A stretch of DNA of 59,077 nucleotides, counting the filler, from Sphacelaria rigidula (lineage: Eukaryota): the NCBI GenBank assembly GCA_964200075.2. It is 8 parts of 8 records of this genome, joined end to end, with 100 filler letters (N's around TTAATTAATTAA, not from the genome) between each part and the next. Parts side by side here need not be neighbours in the genome. Positions count along the whole stretch, not along the records: positions 44,386 to 51,681 come from CAXNAA020015573.1; positions 51,782 to 59,077 come from CAXNAA020015574.1; 6 more parts are not named here. The stretch is one strand, 5' to 3'. A program made the translations under genes and the position numbers. The notes under the pieces were generated by a model. That model made no database searches. It was not told the DNA's origin and saw only the letters and a program-made list of their open reading frames with translations. This document shows, piece after piece, positions 47,401 through 59,077 of the stretch (positions are counted from its first letter, which is position 1; each line of letters begins with the position of its first letter).

Positions 47401-48237
47401 ACATGGTAGGGAATGACAAGGTCGTGCCTTTTCAGGTCAGGTCAATTTGCTTGTAAGTGCTATTTTGAGTCACCGCGCTTCCAAAGGTCGACCTGCTTGA
47501 TTAATTGCCGTGCCTGTCGTGCGATGGTGGTGAAACTTTGGTTGATACGTGTGGATCCGCTGTTTAATCAGCCGTTCTGGTGACATATAATGCACGCTGA
47601 TGGGACTAACTTCGCCTTTTCGCTGTTTGACTAGCCTTACAGGTGACATATACTGCACCCTGACGAGTCTAACTTCGCATTTCGCTCTTTGATTAGTCAT
47701 GCGGGTGGCATATAAATGCGCATTGAGGGAGCTAATTTCGCGTTGATCCAAACACATCACTGCAATAACCTCCCAACTCGAAAAAAGATGCACATGACCC
47801 ATAGGTTTCACCTGGAGTAGCGTTCCTTGGGGGACCCTAGTATTTGCGGTGTCGGGGAGCAGTCGGTTCTCGTTCCAATTTTTTACTTCTAAGGCCTGTC
47901 TTGCTTGTTGAGTTCTGTTTTGGTGTCGCCAATGTGAGGAAGGCGAATCGCTAGAGTAGTCAGAGATCTACGGGGGGAGACTGCCGTTTGATGTCGAAGG
48001 AACTCCGAGGCTGGCGATGATTTTTTCTTGTACGTGTAGGCATGAAGTGGGTCAGACTAGCAGTGGTCGCTGGGGGCGACCAGTTCCTCGGGGGATGTTG
48101 GACCGTCCTGAATATTAAGCTCTTCCTGGCATCACCCCAAGTTGTCAAGTTATGTCGGCATTACAGGGTCCTCGGTAATCTGGTCCTGTCGGACCGTTCC
48201 TACCTTGTCCCTGCTTGCGCTGGGTCTGCATACATGT
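44456..48237 (-). mobile_element. Internally deleted Ty3/Gypsy retrotransposon with both LTRs (about 44456-44718 and 47933-48237), PBS, gag and integrase remnants
   Basis: ~260-bp direct repeats; minus strand ...CTCACA-T-TGGCGACACC PBS at 47931-47922. Integrase HLQSNPVSERIH...W..ILPFIQMAYNT..H.T..EIPYFL (45583-46197) and a GPY/F-type KLQLTWREPFMV...HLAHLKKY (45441-45710). No RT or RNase H seen. Confidence 0.88.
47559..47745. repeat. 3 x ~63-bp tandem repeat in the Gypsy leader
   Basis: Units start at 47559, 47622 and 47684. Confidence 0.8.
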
Positions 48238-49398
48238 GTGGCATCAGTTTCTAATATGCCAATGCAAAGAGGTATCCTCCACAAAAATCTGTTTTTTACA
48301 TTACTATACACTGGCGGTTCTCCATGCGAAGTTTCGTAGCACAACTCTCAAAAACTGAGACGCGATATCCAGATTTAGGGCATCAAGTGCCTCTGCTCGT
48401 AATATATTGATTTTAGTTCCGAAAACTGTGTGCGCTATATCTCGAGGTAGATTACGAACCAGGTGAAGGTGAGGATATATATCGTCTACACGTGCTTTAG
48501 GGAAGGCCCACGCCAAACATCGCCATCATCCGCTGAATGTATCGTTCGGGGTTTTATGTAGAGTTTTGTGTAGACGCTATCTCCGTTTTGTATAGGAATT
48601 ACTAGACGTTGGGTTCAATCAACGAGAAAATATTGGCCCAGATTTTTGAGTAGATGGGCACCCTTCCCGTGATTAGACGATTAATACGATATGCGGATCA
48701 CGTCTCAACTCGTCTGCGTCGATGACATATTGCTTTGAGAGCTTAAATCCGTTTTTAGGCTGGCCCAGCTCGTACTCTTGCTCCATGCTCTGTTTCGGTG
48801 TCTCTTACGGTTTGGTGTTGGGAGAACCTTCCTTGTTCGTTGCTTGTTTTCCAAGATGGGATTCACTCGATTGGTACTCTATTTCCAACGACAGTGTTGA
48901 TATGTAAGAGAGGGCAGTCAGTGGCTGCGGGGTAAGCACCCTATCGCGTGAAACCATGGAAGACAAGAAGAAATTTAGCTAGTGTTCCAGCTTCTCCTAT
49001 GGTACGTTTCGTGGCTTCATGAAAAAATCGTTGATATATCTGTGCAGGGAGTGAGGGGATGGCCATACCCGCAAACGTAATTGTTGGTATAGGTGTCCTT
49101 GCGTGCTCTGTGAAGAAATCACGTGTAGGGGTAGAAACGAGCGGAGACGTCTGGCAGCAGTATCGTACAGTAGGCGACCGTAGGTGAAGCTATTTTCTGT
49201 TAAGTGTGGAACCACATGAATAGTATGGTTATGTTTTTGGTGCAACAGTTTTATAATGTTTGGACCTCGGTCATCCGCACCAGCGTTTATACACGGTCAC
49301 CTGCCGCACCAAGGACCGTCCGTCCATGTAGGTTGAATGAGCTGCTTGTAACTTTGTTCAAAGAGAGTGTTGGAGTAAACATTTAGTGTACCCAGTTC

Positions 49399-49825
49399 AC
49401 ACGGGATTTTACGAATTGGGGATGGATCTTTTATGGGGATGAAAAGCCGGATAATTAAAATCTTCGTATCCACACCAAATCTTCGAAGTATGCTTCCATT
49501 TTTTCACTTGCTGGTAGCTAATGACAACTGCTACACGCCATACAAATTTGGATTACGATAACCGAAATTTCGGGGTCCTCGGTGATCAACCATTTTTTTG
49601 GGGATTTTAGGTGTCCGATCGGACGCCAATATTTTTTTCACCTATGACCCCGATATTTCGGTTATCGAAATCCGAATTGGTATGGCGTGTAGTAGGTGAC
49701 AGCAGCTACCAGAAAGTGAAGAAATGGAAGCGTACTCCGAATATTTGGTGTGGATACGAAGCTTTTAATTATCCGGGTTTTCATCCCAAATAAAAGATCC
49801 GTCCCCGATTTGTAAAATCCCGTGT
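49399..49825. mobile_element. 427-bp fold-back MITE with ~185-bp inverted arms
   Basis: ACACGGGATTTTAC...GTAAAATCCCGTGT; arms pair through CGATAACCGAAAT and ATTTCGGTTATCG. A terminal fragment of the same family lies at 34334-34388. Confidence 0.88.
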
Positions 49826-51609
49826 TGGTTGTAGATTGATTTATGGTAGCAAACGGTGTTATACAGCCTGTATGGTTTAGTGCATCACATACTGCAGCAA
49901 CACCCTCGATAGCCGGGTCGTATGCTTGGGCTGAAAGGCCATACTTGGGCCGTGCCTTACCGAATTTTTATCCTGTCGAAACCGTGCGGTCGAACCGACT
50001 TCGCTCGTTTCTGATTCGTCCACGCTGTTTATTCTCTCAGATGGTTGGGAACACGAATGCCATGGACGTATCAGGCACGAGCAAATTCGATTCCACCGTA
50101 CGTTTCCGAGTCGAAAATGATTTGATGAGACACGGCCTTATCTCGTGTTTTCGTCGATTCAAATGACTTCTCTCACTTTTCCCGCAGGACTAGGCGATAA
50201 TAATAATGCGCGTTGAAAAACCATGCCATGTGTGTATGCAGGAGCTAGCAACCCCCACCTGTAATCGTGAGAACAATGTGCCGTGTGTAGTTGATGGATC
50301 CGACGACATCCGTCGAAGTTACGACGGTCTTTCTGAAATTGACCAATCGATGAAACCCACGGTTAGGGCGAATCAGAGTTCATACGAGTTGACTCCTCAT
50401 GAAATGACAAGATTCAACCTGTACAGTATAAATTGGTGGTCCCGCTGAGTCGAGGGTGGATAACACATCACATATTATGCAGCGCAGGCATCTTGCGCGC
50501 ATTACAGCTGGGAAAAAAGTACGCGTGATTCAGGGCCCATGAAATGACAGGACGCAACCTGTATCAATTGTTGGTCCCGCATTGACCCGGAGGTTGGGAA
50601 AATATACCGACGGTCACCTCGAACGACTCGGTCAAGCAAGTTGTACATCACGTTCCCCCCTCATGATGGTAACAAGTGTGTGACATGTACAATCGGTTTT
50701 AGCCGTCCTAACCGTTACGGTAGCGGTATTTGTTTTCTCACTTGCTCACCAAGAACATTTGGTGAAATTCGGTTATAAGGCGCTTCATTTTAGCAAACAA
50801 AACAAAAATCCTGTTAAAATGCTTACTCGGCCCTTCTTCAACATTTTGTTGTGGGCAATATACAAAAAGGGGTACACCCTTATGCTTTTGGAGCAAAAAA
50901 GGGTAGCGCATTTTTTGCTTCAGGGCGCGGCGCTGCACGCTGGCTGAACATCTCGAAAACACGTTCCAACGCTCCAGCCCCACGCCCAAAGTCCCTGGGC
51001 AGCACATCCGAGCATTTTTTTTCATTTTCACAAGTGTTACTGGGCTGAACTACCCCGCCGAAAATGAGAGCCTGTGAGAGTGCCTTTTTATGTAAGCAAA
51101 ACAGGAGGGTACACCCTGCCCTCTGCTAAAAATTTATATCTACCCTTTTTTGGTATATTGCTGTCCCTTTTCTGTCAAGTGGTGACCCTTTTTTGTGAAG
51201 TGGTGACCGTACCGCCGCCTCAGCGCAAGTGACGCCGAGTAGTCACAACCATAGCCATTTTCGGTAAGACTACACCCCGCCAAAAAAGGCCGAAACCCAA
51301 CGACCAGCAGAGTGTAGCCCCCTCGTTGGTTGGCCCGAGGATCTGGAAGACCCAACGATGCATACAGGCCCCTTGTGCCGGACCTCATGAAGATCCAACG
51401 AACACGGGTGAACATCTTGCCGACACACCAGCCCGAACGGCATCTGCAATTTGCGGCTCGGAAACGGAGATGGACACCGACCGGATTTCGGATTGGAGCA
51501 AGAACGCCTGAACCCGACGCCGTAGACTATACAGTCAGGTACAGTATCTTCCTCTAATCGCAAAACACGCACCGGTCGTTGTCGGAAATGCCTTGTACAC
51601 ACACCCCTA

Positions 51610-51681
51610 TGTGTGTGTGTTGTCGTCCCATTTATTCTGGACACCAGTCTACACCTTTCGGTATATGTGGGCGCATCAGCC
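51610..51681 (-). mobile_element. 3' end of a tRNA-derived SINE copy, cut by the contig end
   Basis: GTGTGTTGTCGTCCCATTTATTCTGGACACCAGTCTACACCTTTCGG, matching the other SINE tails. Confidence 0.85.
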
Positions 51682-51781
51682 NNNNNNNNNNNNNNNNNNN
51701 NNNNNNNNNNNNNNNNNNNNNNNNNTTAATTAATTAANNNNNNNNNNNNNNNNNNNNNNNNNNNNNNNNNNNNNNNNNNNN
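51682..51781. other. Artificial contig spacer
   Basis: N44-TTAATTAATTAA-N44. Confidence 0.98.
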
Positions 51782-53471
51782 GTGTGGGGTTAGCCGCTGG
51801 TGTGCCGAGGTTGGGGGGAGGGGGGGTGGGGGTGTGGGGGGTCCTCATGGGGTATGGAACTGTGTTTGAGTGTGCAAAATTGCACGCCGCAGGGGAGAGA
51901 TACGGAGTTCGTTGCATGCAGTTGGTGTTTCGGGCAAGTGTCGCAATGACAGGGCAAACGCAGCGAGGGAGTCTCCCGCGCTCGTGGTGCTTGATTCTTG
52001 CATGTAAAATCTTGCATTTTGTTTTTCCTCGTCTTTATTTTCCTCTGTTCGTTTCCTTTCATTTCACTGCTAACACATGTTGTATGTTTGGACCGGTGGC
52101 ACGGGGTAGAGATATGGGAAGACGGTCACAAAGAGTCAGTTCCATATAGTTGAATTCAATCAAGCAGTGCTTATTTCGTGGACATGAAGTAGAGATGCTG
52201 TGAACTTGCAGGGCCCCGAGAACAACCTGTGAAGTCAAGGATCTTCGTTTAGTTTGCGAATACTATACCGCATCTTTGTTCGTGTAGCTTGCAGATGGGC
52301 ATGGTTCACCTGACAGAAAGGATCTGAAAAATTTCGGCGCCACCCTGGGAGATGGCCGGTTGTTGGTGATCTTGAGTACCTGATGTTTTTAGAGTAGGCG
52401 CAGATTAAGTTGTCTGTAGAAGCATGGTGTTCTATCCTGATGGCAATATTAAGTAGCCTGGCCGGAGACGAACCCTCTATGCTGTGCGTTGTTGGAAGAG
52501 GCACTGAAGGACCCCATTTTTCGGTTAGTGAGATTCAATTTGTACGGCGTGTAGCAGTTATCAATAGCTGCCAGCAGGGGAAGGAATGCAGCCACATTGT
52601 TTTATATTTCAAAGAAACGTTGTTGATACGAGGGGGATTAAAGTTTCTGGGGCATCGTCCCCAATGAAAGCTCCATCCTCAACTTTCATTGTCACTGTTA
52701 ATCTGGTGATCACGACTGGATTCGTCGCTGACCAGTTTATGCACGAAGATATACCTATCCATCAATTAATATTCTTCAATCCACCGATCCGCGTTTTTTG
52801 CCGAAATGCCTGGGAATCACAACGACGGTGCGAATGCCATCGAGTAAGAGCATTGCAAACTTTCAATCCCCGCCCTGCCCAACTGTGCCATCTTGGCACG
52901 AGCCTGGGCATGTGCTTCATTTCTTCATTTATTTGTCGCACTTTGAACTCCTCCCCTCCCTCGGGACGAGCCCGTGGCCTCAAGGGACCAACCCATCTCT
53001 CCTCGGAACACGTTTTGCCTTCCGACCTCGCGGATTGGATCATGACTAGACACTACTGCACCGCGTCATCTCTCGCCGCACAAGCTCAACCTATAACGTT
53101 TGTTTACTCACGTACTCACGCTTTTGAAGGTGGTTATTGGATACTTTGAAGAAAAAATCAACGCATCGGGAGTCGCATCCACGTGCTCTCCACCCTGATG
53201 GTGACAGTCGGACCATTTCAATTTACACCACCGGGGCGCGGCGGCAAATGTGTAGAGGGAAAGGAGTTGAACAAATAGGCGAAAGAAACGTAATCCATCG
53301 TAAGCCTGTTAAAACATGCAGGAGTTGTAAGGTAAGTAGAAAACGACTTGCAACCAGTTCAACAACTGAACCTCAGAAAAGTAGCTAAGACCCACTGCAC
53401 TGTATTTCAAGATCATGGCGTTATTAGGGATGGAACATGTTTGACCAAAGCGTAGAGGAGGCTTGTGACGG

Positions 53472-53472
<1 letters not shown>

Positions 53473-53522
<50 letters not shown>

Positions 53523-53558
53523 CACTACTACCACTGCTGCTGCTGCTGCTGCTGCTGC
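53473..53558. repeat. Compound (ACT)n-(GCT)n microsatellite
   Basis: Direct reading of the sequence. Confidence 0.95.
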
Positions 53559-55130
53559 CACAACGACCCGGGGCTGGGCACTGGCACAGTCAGTATACTG
53601 GATCCTGCCAGTATTTTGGGTCCGCGACGAATCTGGGTGCTGTTGAGAGGGGCCCACCGGAGGCGCATTCTCACGCGGTTTGGCTTCACTAGAGAAAAAA
53701 CATAATACGTTGATTCCGACCATAATAGTCAAGGCACTTTTCGGTTGAGAAGTGATTGATTTTGTCCATTTGGGGATCAAGAAAGTAAATGTAAATCATG
53801 TATATCGACCCTTCCTACGCTATGTCGGCGCAGGAACTCCCAGGAGGGATCTAAGTAGAGTTGTGAAGTGACTGCCAATTTAACTGGTCAGTTCATCCGG
53901 AAATAAAAAGAGAATTATTGCGAACAGCATTAGCTGTGCAGATCCCGCATACTGCACCGTCATCAGTGGATGGGATCCGAGACGCAAAACAAAATGTTGA
54001 AAATAAATCATCCTCTTGCCCCCCAGTTCATGTATCAATTGGGCTTAAGGATTAATTCTCAGCAGCTTTTGCTCAATAGAAATCCCACACACTGCTTACG
54101 ATTGTACGTCCACACGCCTGTGCTTCGAAGTGACGCTTTCGCTGCAGGCGTGGTAAAGATGCCGGATCTATGGTATATATCTCGCATATGAATGTACATA
54201 GCTTATAAAACCCCGCGGCCCAGTCCCTACCAAGCCAAACCAGATGATTTTCAGCAAAAACGCAAAAAAAACGATCGCGGTATATATGTATGTACTTTGA
54301 TGGAGATAATTCATTGATTGATTGATTGATTGACTGTTGCACTTTAACTGACCCCCCAGCAGGGGTCCAGCCGCGGTCTTTATAATCGCAACAATAAACT
54401 GTATAACACCATGCAGGGCAGTGCCATACCGTGTGCTTATACGTCAGGTGCTACGTACTGCAGAGTGAGCGCGATATATGCGATACGTATGGCTATGCAA
54501 TGTGGATATATGCTGCAGCTCACATTTTGATATATGGGGGTGTTATATACCGTCAGGAGTACCTACATAGTTCACACAGCACGCGCACGTACATACATGC
54601 ATATATGCGCACACAAGTGCAGCACACAAGTGCAGCACGCAGTGAGCAGAGCATGAAAAGGAAGCGGCGAAAGTACAGTGCAGACAGCGCAGGACTATAT
54701 CTGTTCTCTGCCTACACACTGCCATGTGAAAAGGACTTGAACAACGTGCAGCTTTGTACTGCTGACGATGCCTTCGCCCATGCATCAACTATGCGGTGAT
54801 GAGTACATGCTATATATACCCCGCGTGCATATGGCGGTTCGATCCGTCACCACGCGATGCCGCGCGACCATGAAAGAAGATGCTCAAGTTTCCACGCACC
54901 AACAAGAAATACCTCATACCCAACCACGGCAGTGTGTATCTATATCCCTGTGCCCAACTCGTGCTCTTTGCTACAGACAGATATAGGGTTGTGCGGTATA
55001 GCTGGGAACAAAGGTGTTATTGTTATGGGTGATTTTCATGAATCTCGGGTCATGATCTATACTATATAATATACAAGTACTTCAAAGTACAAAATTGCTG
55101 GGGTCTGTAGACTCTAGCCACCATTGTTAC

Positions 55131-55394
55131 CTAAGATAGGGGACATTGGGTAGGTGGAGTTGCGGGTCTGATTGCCGGACTCTGTCATGGGTGACCTCCA
55201 TGAAGAGAGAGCCCGGTTTTGCTACTCTGGTGGAGAGAGGCTATGGCCCTGTTCTCCTGTATTATGCTGAGAGTTAATATATGAATAACTGAAGCTGCTG
55301 AAGTCCACGTACTCGTGATGGGGGGAGTCCACATGGCGATCTGATCTTGAGTGACAGAAGTCTATAAGGAACATTCATTCGGTCCGCTGACTAG
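55131..55394 (+). mobile_element. Putative 5' LTR with CTAAG...CTAG termini followed by a PBS-like CGGTAG
   Basis: Termini and central motif shared with 38194-38506; lies about 440 bp upstream of a gag-like ORF. Confidence 0.5.
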
Positions 55395-55832
55395 CGGTAG
55401 ATCAGCCGAAAAGCAGCTGACACTTAGGGAAGTCTGCAGGCCTGATCAGTTTGCAGCAAACAAGACCAGATAAAGGCGTGTTAACGTCGCGAGGAGTTGG
55501 AGTAGTAGAGCCGAGGAGGCTCTGAGGCAGTGCTAGGGCGGGCTGTGGTTTCGCTCGTGCGTGAGGTGCGGAGGGTTGACCGACAGCTGGCGAGCCCAAG
55601 AGCGTTCCAGAAAAAGCTGCGCAGTTACTGCCTGGTGGAGCCAGAGAGGGTTGCGTGTTTCACGCTGGGCCAAGTACGGTCAGGAAGAGAAGTCTAAGGA
55701 CTTCAAGACGCGGTGAGAACCGCGTGAGGAAGAGGCGTGTGTGGTCGTCGTTGTAAGGTGGTACAACGCGTCTCGGTGTAAGGAGAGAGTTGTTCCTGCG
55801 AGTGGGAGACGAGTTCGTTTTTCAAAAAGGCG

Positions 55833-56510
55833 GTGTGGAGTGCTGTACTGCTGACCGAAATGTACGAGGCGCAGGAATATGTCATCGTCGATGGTCGTGT
55901 TGTTCTTGTACTGGCGCTGGAGATGCCATACTACGGCCACAAGTTTTCGAGCGAGAAATTGGCCGAGTTTTTACGCAAATACGATGAATATTTGCGAGAG
56001 GTAGAACTGGTGAACGCGCGGTGGACAAACCTCTTTGAGGTGGCAGCAGTTTCTGACCTCATGCCGAAACATATTGCGAAATGTCTGCGTGACACGTTGT
56101 TGAATCATGCGCATGATGTTGAGAACGAGCAGCTGCGTTTCGCTTTGCGCAAGCACGCATCATCGAATGGGGTGCATGGCACTGTGAAGGCCGAGCAGCA
56201 TGTGTCTGCTCGAGGGGACAGGCACGATAGTGCACCCGCCGAACGTGCACTCGGTAGGGCGCGTCTTGAGCAACGACACAGGGCAGATGTTTCCACTGTG
56301 CAGAGCGGGAAGGAGACACAGCACATGTCTGTCAAAGCGGATAGGCATGAGAGCGCGCCCGCCGACAGTACCACGGTAAGTATTGGTTTGGATGCTGCTG
56401 GTATTGCTGATGGAAAGGGCGAATATGTCACGCAGCTCGAGCAGACTGCAGGCAGCTCAGCTGCCGCTGTTGCAGTTCAGGAGTGGCTGAGTAGGAGGTG
56501 GCGGCTGTAG
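55833..56510 (+). pseudogene. Degenerate gag-like ORF of an LTR retrotransposon, followed by about 2.5 kb of decayed GT-rich internal sequence
   Basis: MPYYGHKFSSEKLAEFLRKYDEYLREVELVNA...VSDLMPKHIAKCL...LRFALRKHA resembles gag-like N-termini recalled from stramenopile LTR elements. Internal duplication QHVSARGDRHDSAPA / QHMSVKADRHESAPA. No pol motifs recognised downstream. Confidence 0.5.
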
Positions 56511-58662
56511 CGAGTATGGGTGATACTGCTGCTGCTGTTGAAGATGTTGAGAGGGCGAGGCCTACATGCGCCAATGAGCAAGTACTGGTGGGCGGAGGTC
56601 CCAGTTGCTTGTTGCCGCCGGACCAGCGCGTAGCTGGAGATACTCCTTGCATGCTTGAAGCTGCAGGGGGTGTTATTCGCGTATTGCGAACGAGCAGGGT
56701 GAGCAAGGAGCTTGCCGTGCTCATGGTGAATCTATCTGCGCCAGTGGCATGGCGGGAGATCGTTCAGATGATTCGCAGAGGTGTCTGCTTGAAGGACAGG
56801 TGGGTGCCAGATTGGCGGAATTTCCGCCGGAGCAGCGCGTAGCTGTGGAAACGCCTTGCATGATCGAAACAACAGGGGCGTGTGATCTGCGTGAAGCGGG
56901 TACGCAGAGCGAGCTGCAAGCTCGTGACGCTATTAGCGATCACAATTCTGACGGCGACGTCGAGCGTCGCGTGATGTTGGGGTGGTCGTGTGCAATGCTG
57001 TTTGCATGGATAGGTTTGGCGTGTTTGGCGGCGTTGATTGCGGTGTCTTTGCCGCTGTACGGTCAGGTGCTGGAGGAGGATGGCGTGATGCCATCGGGAG
57101 GTGTTGCTGTGCGGGACTGTATGAATGTGTAATGGTTCGATACTCTAGCTGGGAATGGTGCCAGTTCAGTGGGCACCAGGCTAGCGGCTCAAACACAATC
57201 ATTAGTATCGAAGCCATTGAGCTCGATTTGCTAGGTGGGGAGTCAACCCACACACCAATGACCAGGCGCATGCCCAAGGTTCACGCCGGAGACAAGACCC
57301 ATATGATGCGTGCAGCGCGGGCTTACATTTGTGAAGACCAGAGAATCCTCTGAGATAGCAGTCCATGATGGCGTAGATGCTCTTGTATTATTGGCGTACA
57401 GGCTAACTTGTGCTTTGCTAGTTGAGATGCATGGTCCAAAACGCTGTGAGCCAAAAGGGGCGGCCAGGTCAATTCAATCAAAGCATGTAGTATGACCCAT
57501 CAGGTACCAAGCATGACGGGAGTATGACAAACGGAACCCAGTCGACCGGAACATGACCAATAAATCTATAACAAATGTTCACGTTTTGCCTCTTGTTTCC
57601 GCTAAAAAAGCGATTGAAGAACGAGCGTTTGTGAATGCGCAAGCATCTGTGGGAGCGAAGGATCTGTCGCATTGGTTTGGCGGTGCGGGTATACCGTTTA
57701 TAGTGGCGAGCTGAGCAGCTCCACGAGGGTTGGAGCTGTAGCTGCACTCATGGCGCAAGGAGCGAGTGTTTGAGTGGAAATGCTGCTCTACACTGTGCAC
57801 GGGGTTGTGGTTCGAGTGCTGCTGTTTCTCAGGAGCGGGCTGGAGGACAACAAAGAAGGCATCACCTGAGGGGTTTGCTGTTGTAGTGAGCGCCGAGTTG
57901 GGTGCTGATGATGAGGAACAAGTGCTGAGGACTGCTGCCGAGATAGTCCCCCCCGAACCGGTCAAAGACGTGCACGGAGGCGATGATCATAAATGCCGTT
58001 AGACCTTGTTTCGTGCTGCACGACGCGACTCATTCGGGCGTTATAGCTGGTTTCGGACAGCTACAAGCCTCTCATGTGGGTGAAATTGCTGCAGACGAGC
58101 CCAATAGTGGGATCGCAGTCGGTTTGTTGGACGGTCTCCGGTGCACTTTTTGTTGGGGGGCTATCTCGGCATTAGTCTGAGGTGATTGAGTGCTTGTTGA
58201 GAATGAGGAAACACATTATGAATGGTATTCGCGAATCGTTTTGAGAAAAATGCAGCTTGTTATTGTGTGATTTGTGGTCATGTTTGCGCATGAAACATGG
58301 TTGTTGAGCGAGTATGATCGTATCGCGTGTGCAGGGTCAAACTCTGGCGTACACGTGGATATTCGGCATGTGTGTGTTGGGCTGATCTGGTTGGCACGGA
58401 CCATGCATGGTGTTTGCTGCGAGAAAGGTGACATTGCACATTCTGAGTGAAATATTGGCATGCATGTGAGGATTTCTATATACTGCGTGGAATTTTGGCA
58501 GGCATGTGCGAATTTTTGCTCGAATGGTACTGATATGAATGGTGTCTGGTGACGACCTAGGGTAGGGCAGTTCTCAATATACTGCTGTATGCTAAATGAC
58601 GTGGAGCTCGTATAATCCTGTTCGCGCAGGAACACAGTCAAATCATATTTGTGCGGTGTGCA

Positions 58663-58813
58663 CGTACTGACTGCAGGTTATATGGATTGCTGCTGTTAGC
58701 GTGAAGATAAGCAAAAAACTACGAAATGCGTCGGCTCGTACTGACTGCAGGAGACGGTGACACCTGCTGTTAGCGTGAAAATGAGCTGAAAGATACGAAA
58801 TGCGTAGGTTCGT
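58663..58813. repeat. 74-bp tandem duplication
   Basis: CGTACTGACTGCAGG...CTGCTGTTAGCGTGAA...TACGAAATGCGT at 58663 and 58737. Confidence 0.85.
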
Positions 58814-59077
58814 CGTATGTAAACAGGTATGACGCGAGTGCTTACGTTGGGTTAGTATGCATGACCTGGATAGCGGTTTGAGTCGTGACTTTCCTTTTAC
58901 TGTCTTAATGAAATGATGGCAAGTTGAAGCATTGAAGCTTTGACGGCGGGGAGGCATGCGACTAATGCCGAGATAGCACCCCCATAAAAAGTGCACCGGA
59001 GACCGTCTGACAACCCGGCTGCGATCCCACTATTGAACTCGTTTACAGCAATGTCGCCCACATGAGAGGCGTGTAGC

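Noticed and set aside
53424-53780. Poly-Thr/Ala, poly-Leu, poly-Val, poly-Cys and poly-Ile ORFs (also 37851, 23465)
   Set aside because: These are translations of trinucleotide microsatellites.

Overview
This window is not one locus. It is eight unrelated contigs of 7298, 7298, 7298, 7297, 7297, 7297, 7296 and 7296 bp, sorted by size and joined by seven artificial 100-bp spacers (N44-TTAATTAATTAA-N44), so no adjacency across a spacer is meaningful. The DNA is eukaryotic, intron-rich and repeat-dense. The repeat families (tRNA-derived SINE, RTE-type LINE with a (CAA)n tail, TTAGGG-containing MITEs) suggest a brown alga (Phaeophyceae); that is inference from recalled families, not a search result. 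Host coding content is sparse: a large minus-strand coiled-coil gene (about 3-kb exon plus a terminal exon), a well-supported exon of a GT2-like SWGAVYFP family protein, and a few weaker exon candidates, including two possible divergent gene pairs. The rest is decayed Ty3/Gypsy, Ty1/Copia and LINE remnants, four SINE copies, many MITEs and fold-backs, and mini/microsatellites. No prokaryote-type system (CRISPR, operon, rRNA or tRNA gene) is supported. The most unusual items are (i) a 223-bp TGT...ACA element made of two self-palindromic ~77-bp units with a perfect 5-bp target-site duplication (30081-30303), (ii) LTR-like repeats with non-canonical CTA(A)G...CT(T)AG termini, one directly upstream of a gag-like ORF, (iii) a MITE family carrying a variable (TTAGGG)n tract, and (iv) stacked piggyBac-type insertions at TTAA sites.
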